Assembly: GCF_002113885.1 (NCBI RefSeq)
Contig: NW_018405737.1
Location: 428,970 to 492,969, forward strand
Length of the DNA: 64,000 nucleotides
Direction: 5' to 3'
Source of the DNA: Mizuhopecten yessoensis
Taxonomy: Eukaryota
Shown here piece after piece: positions 12,172 to 25,927 of the stretch (position 1 is its first letter; every line of letters begins with the position of its first letter). Made by a program: the position numbers and the translations under genes. Under the pieces are notes generated by a model. That model was not told where the DNA came from and made no database searches. It saw only the letters and a program-made list of their open reading frames with translations.

Positions 12172-12754
12172 GCTTTTCAACCATTTCGATGATATCATCT
12201 TCTTCACGTTTTGGAGTAATGGCATGTGATGCTGTCTGGAGGCTGTTATGGTGATGCTGATGTTGGTCCAGCATGTTTGTCGCGGGTAAAGATGTAGCTC
12301 CGGTCTGAGGGATTTCGTGATCCATACTTGTTGAGCTGGCGTTTGTGTTTTCCGTCACTCCTACGTGACCGGGTGGGGCCTGCCCCGTGGCCTGGGAGTG
12401 ATTGTGATTGCCCCCGGGTATAATGTGGTCCGAGCGGAGAGGAGATGTCTGTGGATTCGTGTGAAGTGTCATTCCCATAGAGGACACAGTTGGTGGACTA
12501 CACGACAAGGTAGTGTACGTAGGTTGTTGCATTGGTGTGACACTCGGCGATGGTGTACTGCCGTAAAGGCAGGAAGAGTTATTACCGAACCCTACCTGGT
12601 CCCCTACTCTGTTGTTACCTGTCATGTCCAAGCAGTGTCCATTTCCAGTCATGAAATTCATGTTGTTAGGATAATCTAAAGCACAATGTTCTGTCCAGTT
12701 CCCTAGAATGTCTCTTACAGAAAACGGTGTAGATAGAGGATGGTTAAAATTCAT
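12172..12754 (-). CDS. NK4: NK4/Nkx2-5/tinman-class homeobox gene, coding exon 1 (TN/eh1 motif)
   Basis: The ORF begins MNFNHPLSTPFSVRDIL (tinman/eh1 motif). Donor AGC|GTAAGT at 12171-12166 leaves 583 nt (phase 1), which joins exon 2 in frame (C+AT = His, then KPSIL). Total 1128 nt = 375 aa + stop. Confidence 0.92.
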
Positions 12755-12899
12755 CTTCTATAAAGTTGTACCACTATTTCTGATGACAACAAGTGTTGTG
12801 ATGTTTCTCAACCACTTACTCGCCTGTACTCTACTCCTCTTGAGGATGGTGACATTAACACTTCAGCCAGGGGTATTCGGTTATATTGACGGGCACATG

Positions 12900-13020
12900 C
12901 TGATGTAGTCGTCAGTATAGGGCCGTCGCTCTCTGCTGAAACAGCAACCCCACAGTCAGTATCCGTCTCGGCCAATCACCGCGCCGGCCTCGTATCACGG
13001 GACGCAGGGATTTCCTGCTT
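12900..13020 (-). promoter_or_regulatory. Probable NK4 proximal promoter
   Basis: GC/CpG-rich island ~150-260 bp upstream of the ATG with a CCAAT box (GGCCAATCAC, ~12970-12979) and GC-rich Mad/Smad-like motifs (GCCGTCGC 12922-12929, GCGCCGGC 12981-12988). The TSS cannot be determined from sequence. Confidence 0.55.
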
Positions 13021-14622
13021 AAACTTACAGGAAGGAACCTTCCCTTACAGTCATGTGTAGGGCTGATTTACAAACAAGTATAGATACAGAACCACGATAG
13101 TCTTAAATAATTGCCGATAAAAAACTTCTTCAAAATCCCCACTTTGACACTTTCATTATTCGTTTTCTTTTCCCTGTATTATTGAAGACATACACATGTC
13201 TTAAGATTTCAAGGATTTTCACGTATATCTTATTCATTTCTGCAAATTTTATATTTGTAAATGTTTAACTTTATTATTTGATACCATGTAAAGCAATTAT
13301 TTCTCAAAATTGTTATCAGTTGTTTTATACTTTACGCTAAAAATGTTTTTTTTTTTTTTTTTAGAAATCAAGGATGCGTTACTGTTTAGTCGTTCGAAAA
13401 AGATATATGATAGTTAAAGTGTAGAATCCTTTCAAAATAGGAATGCGAGGGATTTCTTTTCCTCCAAATGACATCTTTCTGTATATAACTGGATACAAGT
13501 TGTAGATTACACTGTAAATGGGGGCATTTTTCTCTCGTTTACCGCCCGCGAGCTATGGGTGGTTTGTCTCAAACTTCATCGTATTATTCTCTCGCTAGCC
13601 AGCCACTGTACTGCTTGGCGGCAAGTCACAGAACAGTTTACCCAAAACACAACAAAGTATAGGCCGTCTGTCGTCGCAGATCCTCGTTTCCATCTCCCAG
13701 GTTTAATTTTATCGAAGCATGGCAGCCGTAACATTAACAATGCCGTGTCCCGACTTCCCAATGGCCCGACTTTCTGTTTTTATCCTATGTCAGCTCCTAT
13801 CTGGTAACGTATCATTGCTATGTACACAGAAACCCTAATCAGAACTGCCTTGTCAGATACCCACATAGCCGACATAGACCTACGTGAAACGTACGTTTTT
13901 AAATGATTGTTCCTACATAAACTGCCAATGTAATAAGACCTCCAATATCTACTAGTATTCTTTATCAATCTTTTGGGGTAAGTGTGGTGTCAACTACAAC
14001 CAAGTTCTATAAGAAAGTGCTACATCTGTATGGTTGAAATGAAATATGTGTCAAAATGTCACCGCATGTGGTTTCTCTGTTACATGTGTTTAAAACCAAA
14101 CATGACAATTTGTTAATGTTCTGTGTCTTCTAACCAGTATCGACTTAAAAAACACTGCAGAAATCGCTTCTATGCCATGCACACTAATAGTATATATCAT
14201 GTCACGAAAGCTAAACCAGGCATAATGCATGATTTTTTTACATGGGAGAAAGTAAGAGTGTATCGCAAATTCCAACCACCTTCGACCAATTTAAAACACA
14301 AAGCCCGGAAAACATCGAGTTATTCTAACGTTGTTATGTATTGCGAATCATTTCAACTAAAGTTTTCTATTAAAAAGTTCAGTCCAACCCAAAATGTTAA
14401 TCCTAAAAACATTTATTGATTCAGTTAGAGCTTACATATTGATTCAAAACGCCAGGTTTGAAGTATAAATGCTGTTAATCAATGTAATTTGTTTTAGCAT
14501 TATTTTTATATATATATATTTTTATTAGGGACATGCTATATTAGTTAGAGACGAAAATTTGCACTGCTGCAATTGATGCATTCCTTTTTTTGCATTAATC
14601 AGTGTGTGATACTTGTTTTATT

Positions 14623-14717
14623 TTATATAGATGTATGAAATAAATGCTATATTTTGTATACATGTATACCGCATACATGTATACAAAATATAGCATTTAT
14701 TTCATACATCTATATAA
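14623..14717. repeat. Perfect 45-bp inverted repeat with 5-nt spacer
   Basis: Arms 14623-14667 and 14673-14717 are exact reverse complements; loop ACCGC. Confidence 0.95.
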
Positions 14718-17700
14718 TATATTTTAGATTAACGTATGTAATATACGCTTAAACATGCTTTTTAAAAATAACTTGATGTAGAAAAGAAAAAAGTGATATA
14801 ACGTATAAACATTCGAATTTGTAAAACCGAAACCGTATATGAGGAAGGAAATGATATATCTATATCCGAACGCGACATGTCATAGTCCCCACTAGCCTAT
14901 TCACTTAATTATATCTATTTCTTTATATGGTTAAATAGTTGGTGTGTGTGTGACATTCTTGATTTTGCAATAAGGTATCTAAGATAACTATTAAGATAAA
15001 AACATTTTTTCACATATGTATTCACCCATATCCATTTCTTTATACCAATCACTCTCATTACAATGCATCTTAATTTCACGTCATACTGTCAGTTTGTACC
15101 ACTATGTTGCTTTAATATAAAAATCTCATCAGAAGCGGGAAGTTTTTCAATTCAATGAAAACAAACGATACAGAAACAAGGCTTCTACAACATATTTCTT
15201 TGTAATTATATGTATAAGAATAACTAATTGGAAACTAATCAATTAACTATGATAATTGAACAGTAATTCATATTCGTATCGCATCTTATTAATTACATTT
15301 CTATTTGTATTACATTATATAAAACACTCTTAGTCTCTGCAATAAATGCATCGTTTCTGAATTTACAAGCAGGGTTTTAATTGTTTTTGAGCTTAAATTA
15401 AATCATAATAAACATATTTAAATTTGTATTATTGAATTGTTTTGACAATTTATAAAATGTTTTGAAAATTAATTAGGTTATATAATGTTTTTAATATTGC
15501 AGTCAGCTCTTAAAATGTTCTCTGACGATTCTATGCAATAAAGTTGCCAATCATGATAGAATCATTTTGTACAATCTAAACAAATGTATTCTAATTTCTT
15601 GGAGAATTTCTTCAAGAATATACCAAAACAGATAATTTAAGCTGAATGCAATGGTTAGTGCATGGATGTTACGGTATACAATTGTTTATAAATCAGTACC
15701 ATTTACATACCGTCGGTCCGTAAAGGATGTTCTAGACTGGACTTGTATTAAATTGACCATATTTTTCTGAATAAATAGAAACAAATATATCATTCCTTTA
15801 AAACAGAAGGATAAAATCGGAATTTCTGATAAATATAAAGAACGGAATAAACACCGAGAAAAAACAAAAACCTGCAAAAAATGCAGTAGAAACCATGAGT
15901 TTATTAACTACAGTTATAATGTAATATGTACTTAACTCGAATAAATCTCGGACGTTTAAGGCTGAATGAAACGGTAAATTCACGCAATCCTGGTACGTTG
16001 TGAAGGACAAATGATTTCAAGTAAATGGCGAATCATTTTATACTTTTTAGATATGCTCCAGAATAAAATGCATTGCCTACATATTACTTGATACAATTTA
16101 GCATTGAACATTTTTCGTTTTGCTAGCTGGGACTTATGCGCGGGCATTCGAATGTGTAAGTGTAGCTTATTATGATGTCTGATACCACCAGTATCAATTT
16201 ACATTATTCAACAAGCACACATCCTTGAGACATAGTTGATACATAGTGCCTAAAATGACCCCTGTGTTTTGTATGGTCAGTGGGTCACTTTAAAAGGCTA
16301 GCTTCCTGTCTGGTCTTCGATCTGTAATGATTTATCGCGAACGCTCATAAGTATTAAAATTACATGGTCATTTAAATAAGAAACAGTGTACTGATATATT
16401 TACGACTCAAATAAGAAGTGTAGCGTATGATCTTTTCTTTGAATTTATCACATTGACCTATTCTGTTTTGATGTCCCGTCCTGTCCTTCGTTTTTATATT
16501 GAGTTTGGATTTTGTCCTTGTTTGTTGACGCTGTGATCTGTTTTTTGTTTTGTTTGGAAGAAATGTTTATCATATGCAGGCATTTAGTTGAATATCAGTA
16601 TATAATGCATCGGCTGTAGTGGATTAAGATGTTAAAACACCTTGCTTCCTAAGCTATGTGAAATGATCTAGCTTTCCATTCTCTCATTAACATTTTACAA
16701 GGTGAACATGTTCAGATATAAACCTACACTATCTAGTAAGGGTCACTCCTTAAATGAACTTTTACATAGATTTCTTAAATAATTTAATCTCAGTTTTACG
16801 TGAAAGGATTATCATATATATACTTAATGCACTCAACCTAACTGCATTTGTTATACGCCCCCTTCCAACTGTGACAAAAACAGCAATTACATCGTCAATA
16901 ACAGAACACAATATTAACATAATTATGTATTTAACAAGTTTATGCAGCGAATATTACTTCGTTTGTCAAATGGCATTTATGACGAGATGCTGACCAACCA
17001 TTTAGTTTTACAGCAAATTTGCAGACATTGTTGCCAATAGGATACTTGTTCTATAAGCAAGCATGATAGGTTATGGATGATTTGTCGTTTCGAAAACAAT
17101 ATTCGTTTTAAATGAATAGTTAAGCTTATTTGCCGAGTTAAAAACATTAAAACAAAACAACAAAACCGATCATTTGTTGAATTGACGACTTTTTTGGCTT
17201 TATATCATAAAAGTTATCGTCATTTTGTTGGTATTGTTTGTTATATCATAAAAGGTTTTGTCCATTAATTGATTGTAAACATTATTGTTTACCTTTGGAA
17301 AAGTATCGTGTATTCGTTTAAAAAATTGCAAACAGTATTGCTCATATAATGAACAGTATCGTTTATTCGTTTTCATTAAATAAATGGGCGAACCTTGTTC
17401 CGAACCCGCCATATCATGCAAATGCTCGTTAAAATGAAATTTCAATATAAAATTAAGTTATTACGTAGCGTAGTGTTATCATATATAAATAGTGAAGGTT
17501 TGAACTTAAAATTTGTTTAAATAAAATAACATCGATATATTGAAATAGTAGAAGGGCATTTAATTGAAGGCGTTGAATGTACCTTTAACGAAATTTAATC
17601 GAAAAATAAAACCAATGACCAAAATTATATCGCACTTCCTTGTAGTTCTAGATCCCTTGTTTCCGACAAAAAAAGTTCAAATTTGAGTGTAGCACAATCG

Positions 17701-20700
17701 CATTATGTTTGTACTGAATGTATCGATTCTTTCATATAAACATACGCTGGTATCAAGGCCCCATCAAATCCATTTCAGTACTCAATGCTAGAGGCATTTT
17801 TAACAGAAATAGTTCCGGATTTGTTGGACTATGTAAAGTACAACTTTTATTATATCTGTTTCAAGACGCTTATTAAAATGCCAAAACTTACTCGCTGTAA
17901 AACAGATGAATGATTACGATAAAATTGGACTGCTGAGTAGAACTATGTGCCGACTATGATCCTCTAAGACAGGGAAGGTTAGCGTATAATATATCGGTGT
18001 TATCGTCGGTTTTAATAAGTACATGAACTATCTTGTTATGTCAGAAGATGAAAGCACGACGATAGGTGATGAATATCACTATGTTGAGGGGTTTAGAACA
18101 GATTATGACTTTACTCCGGGGGACGAGAGTCGAGCATATCCCCGGTACGATCTATGCTTCACGATGTCGTGGAATTCCAAAGTAAATACCGTCAGAGATA
18201 GGTTTGATTTTACCAGTTTCATTTTCAAATTAATTACAAGTTTTAATTCCCTTCTGCCAATGGCTCATGTTTGGTGCCCGTGCAATGATCGACGGATGTA
18301 ATGAAAATAGAACAATTCTCATATTAATATTTTGGGATACTACCAGCGGTTCCACCGATAAGATTATTCATAATTTACTGTACAGCTTTTACTTTTGCGT
18401 ACTTTTAATTTCCGCATATTTTGCGGGCTACATATTTCTCCAAAATATGTTATCCAAGAATTTGTTTTTACTGGTTTTTTTTATAGTGTATGATATCATG
18501 ACATAAAACAAATAATTTGATTGTTTTATATACAATTATGATCCCATTGATTATGTTAATTATGAAAACAACAATAATGGTAAATTGTATTATGCATTTT
18601 GCACGCTTATCAAAACAACAAAGATACCAAATCAAAAGTAGAAGTATGTTGCGTTACTTACAGAAAACGAAAATACTTTTGTGATATGAACAAGGGTCTA
18701 CAAATGCAACAATTAAAATATAATTACACCGAAATGTAACACAATTGCAATCACACGTAAATTATCTTGTTATTATTTTGATTATAGTTTGAAATAACCA
18801 TATTTACCTATGGAATATGTCTTTTTGATAATTCTTCATTATGATAAGAATGATGATAGTTTTGAGTTATAATATCAAATATAGACATTACTCTACATGA
18901 ACTCGTCATTAGTGATAAGAAAAGTTAACATTTTGTTGAATAATGCCGTAATGATTTTTTTTCGTACCGTGCAGTAAAAACACGAATAATGGTATTTTTC
19001 TCATTTTTTTGTTTATTTAGCTGTCTTTAATCTATCGTCACAAGTACCTCGTCATTTTCACCTTCCATTATATCGCTGAAGTTAATTCGTTTCATCAAAA
19101 AAGAGTTCAAAATTCTAAAGTGCTTAGTTGAATCAATTTAATCTTAAGATTATTATCATATTTTATCTTTGAGCTTTATCACGTCTCATCAACTTTAGGC
19201 CCTAATGTTGCGAAGGGTTGGTAGATGGTGTATTGGACGATTTGAGAAGATATAAGAGTGCTATACACTTGATTCTGCATGACAGTACTCGTATGTGGAA
19301 TGTGGACTCTTGTCTCGTCAAGCATTGTTGTCAGATCGACGCCTTTTCACCAGGGAACATATCTGGTTACCTTATATTTTATACCATCACATAACATACA
19401 CTTAATACAGATATAAATGAACTTTGGTATCCCCGATATGTGGAATGTTGTGTCTCCTCTTGATCTTGATAGGAATGTTTGCCTATCTTATACGAATATA
19501 TATGCTTCCAATTATATAGTTATGATCAGAATTAAGATTTACTCATTGTTATATTTCATTTTGTAGTCGCATGAAACCAATCTTACGGATTTTTATTTAT
19601 GTTTCAATATTTAAGTTATAAAAATGATTAGCAACTCTCACTGCTTAATAATATTTATCAATTTCATTAAAAATAACTTCCTGAATAGTTTAATTTGTAG
19701 TATACTTTTACATTTTTGAGATAATGAAAGCCAATTATAGATGTTCCACATTTTTTTTTTTTAATTTATCGAACGATCATATCATGAAATCTGGTTTACA
19801 AAGCCAAAATGTATCTCTTATTCAACCTGATAAACAAGAGTTTTAAGGAAAAGGTTCTCTAAGACACATATCTTTTCGATACTTAATTAAACGTCTTTAT
19901 GATCTTCTTATACACCGTATAATTATTTGACACAGTTCCAGCGTCTACCCATCACAGAAATATTATGGTTTCTAATTATTTGTTACACTTAGACAGACAC
20001 ACACATTAGTCCTGAGATGAAACGAACATAACAGTCAAAAAGCAATATTTGTCTTATTAACTTGCATAAGTCAAACACATTACAAATCCTTTGATATATA
20101 GATAATTAAGATAAGTGTTGTCCTGTAAACGGTAATTTTTGAAATAAAGATGACTCTTATCACACGACTATCGGCTCGTTTATTACGTTTCAAGTGGTTA
20201 ATCTGGAATGTTCACGTTTGCCTATTGGATCCCAGTGAGTAACTATTGTGAGGCAGATTACTCTCCCCTCAACATTGCCTCCACCCACTTAGGCGATATA
20301 TTGGAATGATGATATCTTCATAAATCGTAAAGTAGTTTTATTTGGAAGTTAAAGATCTGAAGGTAAATATCTGAGATCTGAGGAATACACATTTCGCTGA
20401 CCAATGTTGATGATCGCTATCTACATAGATATTACGTCCATGTACTCTACCTGATGAAATATTCTACTGGCACATTGTATACTCCAGTTGAAAACATTTG
20501 CAAAGTTGGCCCGTTGAATGCCTTATCATACAGTACATGTGTTGATAATTACATGTACTATCTTTTTTCATGCTTTAATATTATAATAAATAAGTTCGAT
20601 TTATAAAAGAATTACGTGATCTGGATCCACTTTCGTCGTCAGAATAATACAAGTGGCTTGCTTCAACATGGCGAAGTAATCATATTTTCGTGGTCAGAAG

Positions 20701-23700
20701 GATATGTCATGAAACACGTCCACAGGTCTAACGAGTTAAAAGTTTAAACAAATCTAAACAAATGATTAAGGTTCGTGTTATCACTAAGGTGCCGGTGTAT
20801 TCTTTACTTTTTGTTTTATGAAAAATATACTTGTTTTCTTGATCGTTTAGTATTTTACCTTTGAAATATTTCATGGTAGGTTTAAAATTAAGGGATAGGG
20901 ATAGTAATTTAGGATTTAAACATATTTTATGTTTTCATAAATGAACGCCGAGGCAGTGTTATTTTTACCAACAATAAAAATACTAAAGTCTATTTCAAAA
21001 ACCGATGTAACTTTTTCATAATAAACATTTGGCTGGAAAATATCTACGCTTATTGTGTGACAAGTAGTTTATTTAAAAAAATGATGTCTTGAAGTCAAAG
21101 CGTTGAATTTAGCATAAGATGCCAATCTATGGATCCGAGAAATTTAAAAATGAACTTGTTTGGTCACAAAGGAAGAAACGTTAGTGATAAAACTTAAGCA
21201 TTAAGATTTTTTCGTATGTGATCGCTGTCGAATTTACGTCATTAAGAACTATAACGTACATTATTTTTCTTTTGTTTATAAATGAATACATTCAAATAAG
21301 TGAATATGACACAATGTACATATCACTATATAGTACTGTACATTATGTCTAGATAATGCGTAATAGTTTCATGCAAATAGTAACCCTTACACACAATCAA
21401 TACAGATTCATTTTGTCAATAAGTCTGATTGGAGTTACTTCAACATGCATTTTTTTATTTACAAAATCTTATGTTTGATTCTAATAGAAGCATATCTGTG
21501 CAAGTTCGAGTCCTAAGTATGATTAATCATCAAATGCCTGTCGACCCAAAGCTTTCTCAAAAGTTCTTCTGCGTAAAATTCGATTTTTTTTACCGACTAT
21601 TATTAATAATAATCAAAGAAGTACAATTTGGTGCAAGTACGAATCGTTTGTATTGATACAAAATTTACTCCCTTTGGATTACCTTCATCGTCTTATGCAC
21701 CAGATTGTCTGAATATTATTACAGTACCCATTCCAATATATTTCACATAATACTGTATGAAGTTTCTCTATGTAATATTGAATATAACATCATGTACTTT
21801 GAAACAAATATCAAATCTGAAAAAGATGTTCATCGTTGTGGGTCATGAATATACTCACACAAACAAAGTAGTTTGTGATTCGACCTGATATATAAATGAG
21901 ATCAATAATGTTGCTAAAAACTTTAAATTAAAATTTAATGTTCAAATTGTGGTTTCTAGCAAGGAAAGGTATATAGCTGGAATTTTATTATTTTATGATA
22001 ATCTAAAAATTTCTTTGAAAATTTCTTTTTAGATCCATTGTCAATTTCACAAGTTTAATAAGTTATTAATTGGTTAATGGCTTAATTGAAATATCAATAT
22101 ATAGATCTATATATATTTTTAAGATAACAATTATAAATAATATATTGTATCAAAATAAACTTTGAACATGGTGTTCTAAAAGAAGGCCTCTTTACCAGCT
22201 GTCAGATTTTTAAATTCAATAAACTGAACGAGTATTTGAAAAATCTCGGTGCTTATTATATAAGCATTAAATGGGAAAGACAGTGTATGATTTACGCATA
22301 ATTACTAATCAATACTGAATTACTTACTAAAATTAATGATATTTATACTGTTCCGTTAGGGATAGTGTATTATTTGATTCATAATCATAATTTTAAGGAT
22401 CATATACCAGTCTAAAGAGCGTTGGATTATCAGAGACCTTTTTGTTTGCATCACATTGCACAAATTGACGAAAATCGGATGAAACATCAAATTTTAAAAG
22501 ATTTTTTTTTTTTTTTTTGTGGTTTAACAATGACTATCTCAAGTTGAAGATTTGTGTATAGTTATCGGTACTTTACCAGCTTCGAAAACAAAATCCTTTT
22601 GGTCTCCTACATAGATATGATTGAAAGTTTAGAGTATCTTCAATTAAAAGGCGCAGAAATCGAATTATGAAGACAGCCTCTAAAAATATGCCAATTTTAA
22701 TAAGTGTGTTAAATCATATACCTGATGGTAGGCAGAATGATGCTAACAAAACTGATGTTCCAGTTGTTCAGCTGGGAGTTACATTTTGACATGTTCTGTC
22801 TTTGAAAGTTCAGCAATTTGGTTTTGAAATACATGTAGGTGTAACTGAAATGGAGAATTAAAATAGAAAGAAAGAATTAGATAGAAATTCGATATTTGTT
22901 TGCATTTCATTGCAATTGTTTGTCCGATAAAAGTTAGCAATATCAGTTTTTATGAACCAACACAACGTTTAAGCTAGAATCTGTTCTAATGACTCGATAT
23001 TCACGTACTTAGTCCTTCAAACGTTATAATCAAAATTACAATCATAGTATCTCCAATTTTCAGCGTAATGCGGACGAATGGCGTGGAGATCAAGATCAAG
23101 ATGAAATTAGATCGGTTTGTTTTTCACTTATTTCTTAAGAGCCAGTTAGTGTGTTCTGTACAGTTTTATTTTATCTCTAAATAATAGTTTTTGTAGGCCG
23201 TGTACACACTTTTATTAACAACCATCGACCTGACCGTATCTAACATAAACACATTGTTTGCCGATGACTATTTGGCTACCGGAAAAGAGTAGCCGAGAAA
23301 GATAAAATTGATGACTCAAGACACGAACAGTTAATTTCTGAATCCTGCGTGAGAGCTTAAGGTTTTAATATATGATATATTATAATATTATATATTATAT
23401 AATATATATATATAATCACAATGACCGGCTGATCTCATTTTTACATGTACTAAATGTACTGATATCAGGATTATGATCGTTCGCACTTCAAAACGCAATA
23501 CATATCCCAGATACTTTGATATTTTTTATATGTAAACTATCCTATACATGCAGGTCAAGAGTATCCAACAATACCATATGTCATTAAATACATAAACGTC
23601 ATTTTGCTGGCGAGATTTTTCTTTAATGATCCCCTTACCACAGCCAGAAACTGTAATTATGTATTGGAAACTTTTGCCTGCATAATTGTATAGCTTTGAT

Positions 23701-25598
23701 AAACCCTACTTGAGGAAACCTTTGTTACAAATAAAACAGGTAAAATAACAAAATACAACGGTGCCATATTAGGATTCGCACTCTGGACATGCACGATCCA
23801 ATGCTTGTCAAACTAAGGGGAGGTTACTGCAAATACGACAAACCATTACGGAATGGTCTAGTGGGATATTTAAAAAAAAATGATTTTACCACAAAAGAAA
23901 TTAGTAGAGGATTTAAAGCGACAACAAGAATAATCAAGGACAGACCCGACATCATGAGAGATCAATAAAACACGGTGGCGAAATCAAGCGTTTTTTGGGA
24001 GGGTCACAAATTCCTTCATCACGTCATACATCCGCCATAATTGGATTTTCCCTTGGGATACAAAACTGACATTTAACATCAATAGGACGCTTAAGTTATA
24101 GAATTCTGACGCTTTAAACTTGTTTTGAAATAGCTATCCAATTTTTTTTTACTCCGTACATAGTTTATAAAGTAGCCCGCGTCAACTGTTAGAACTGCGA
24201 TATATGGAAGCGGGTCCAGAAGAGAATCTGTCATTAATGTATTTGTATTTGTATGGATACCCCGTTTGCGACCAAACCTATTGCGTTACAAACGTACACA
24301 ACAACTTATTTAATGTAATACATGTATAAGGAATTCCAGCTTGGATTGTTCTTTAATCAAGTGTAAAATATATATCGAGCGGTTCCAGGTCGATGGTCGT
24401 AAGTTGATGTTTACAATTTCTGGGAAAACGGATTTAAAGATTGCAGATATTGATATTCTGTTTATTACAACCACAATGTTATCCTAATTTAAATATGCTT
24501 AAGCCCAGTAACAATTTCATAAAATTTCACAGCATATTTAAGTTTGAATTACCTTTATAAACATCACTAGCGATCTATTTGAACACATTAAATGTATAAT
24601 TTCAACACGCCTGAAAGTCTTGCAACATTTTACCTTTCAACTGGACTATTGTTTTAAACAGGTTATTCCTAATACTTGCACAACTTGTTTCATGAATTAA
24701 AATGGAAATAAAATGTATTATTACACAACTGACCTATTTCACTGTATTATACGGTCATGTCATAAATCTGGTATAACATTCGTGTAATAAAACCTCAAGG
24801 TGCTGCGATGGGTCAAAACCGTGGGAACATATTCCTACGCCACTACAGGTACTACTTTAATTTACTTTACCATTTGATACATCATGATCGGAGATCCTAA
24901 CATGTGCAATAGGTTTTCACTTACTGTCACCTAAGAGCTGAACGATTTCCGAAATTGTTACATTACAACAGGTCGTAAATTCACTTTTGTAAAAATGTGG
25001 TTTACTGTTGTTGTTTTTAAAATATAACATTTTTCATACCATTTATTATTCTAGAAAAGATTCCACTGGGGGTGTTTCCAAACTGAGAGCTGAAATACTG
25101 AAGCTATTTTGAAATGGACCTTTGAAATAATGCTTATGAAGCCAGTTCTTATCTATAAGTATCATTGCTAAACTATATACCTTATACATGTATATAACCA
25201 AATAAATAATACATTTTTGTCAAAATAAAGTGAATTAATGAACTACATCACGGATATTGTATAACTAACTTCATTGGAAACAACTGTGGCATTACTATAT
25301 ATGGTATTGAAAAATTGTCTGATAATAATGCGCGAAAGAATGAATGAATTGGAAAATAAACTTAACACATTTGGGTTCAGAATACCAGGATATAGCATTA
25401 ATTCTACATAACAATCAAGAAAGAAAACAATTATTTTGAAAATAATTCAAACCGATGAAAAGGAACATAATGCATTTCCAACCTTTTGGTTGGAACCCCT
25501 CGATATTTGTTTATTTCCTTTGATATCCTGAGTACAGGTAAGTAGTCAAAATAATTTATGTCAGTAACATGGAAAGCATTAACAATAATAAATGAGTG

Positions 25599-25927
25599 CA
25601 TGCAACTTGTAATGACACATGTTATATCAAACGTTTTAACAATTATGTAGATATTCATCATGCAACTTGTAATGACATATGTTATATCAAACGTATTAAA
25701 AATTATGTAGATATTCATCATGCAACTTGTAATGACATAAGTTATATCAAACGTATTAAAAATTATGTAGATATTCATCATGCAACTTGCAATAACATAT
25801 GTTATATCAAACGTATTAACAATTATCTAGATATTCATCATGCAACTTGCAATGACGTATGTTATATCAAACGTATTAAAAAATATTTAGATATTCATCA
25901 TGCAACTTGTAATGACATATCTTATAT
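25599..25927. repeat. 60-bp tandem repeat, ~5.5 copies
   Basis: CATGCAACTTGTAATGACATATGTTATATCAAACGTATTAAAAATTATGTAGATATTCAT recurs in register on successive 60-nt lines. Confidence 0.95.

Noticed and set aside
12365-12679. Plus-strand ORFs overlapping the NK4 exons (also 1807-2049)
   Set aside because: Antisense shadows of real coding sequence.
18023-18301. ORF containing IGDEYHYV, reminiscent of a LINE ORF2 C-terminal zinc-knuckle
   Set aside because: The flanking CxxC and terminal Cys are missing and there is no RT upstream; at best an unprovable relic.
24820-24839. Inverted Su(H)-like pair CGTGGGAA-N4-TTCCTACG
   Set aside because: A spacing of 4 nt does not fit the 15-17 nt paired-site architecture, and the second site is imperfect.
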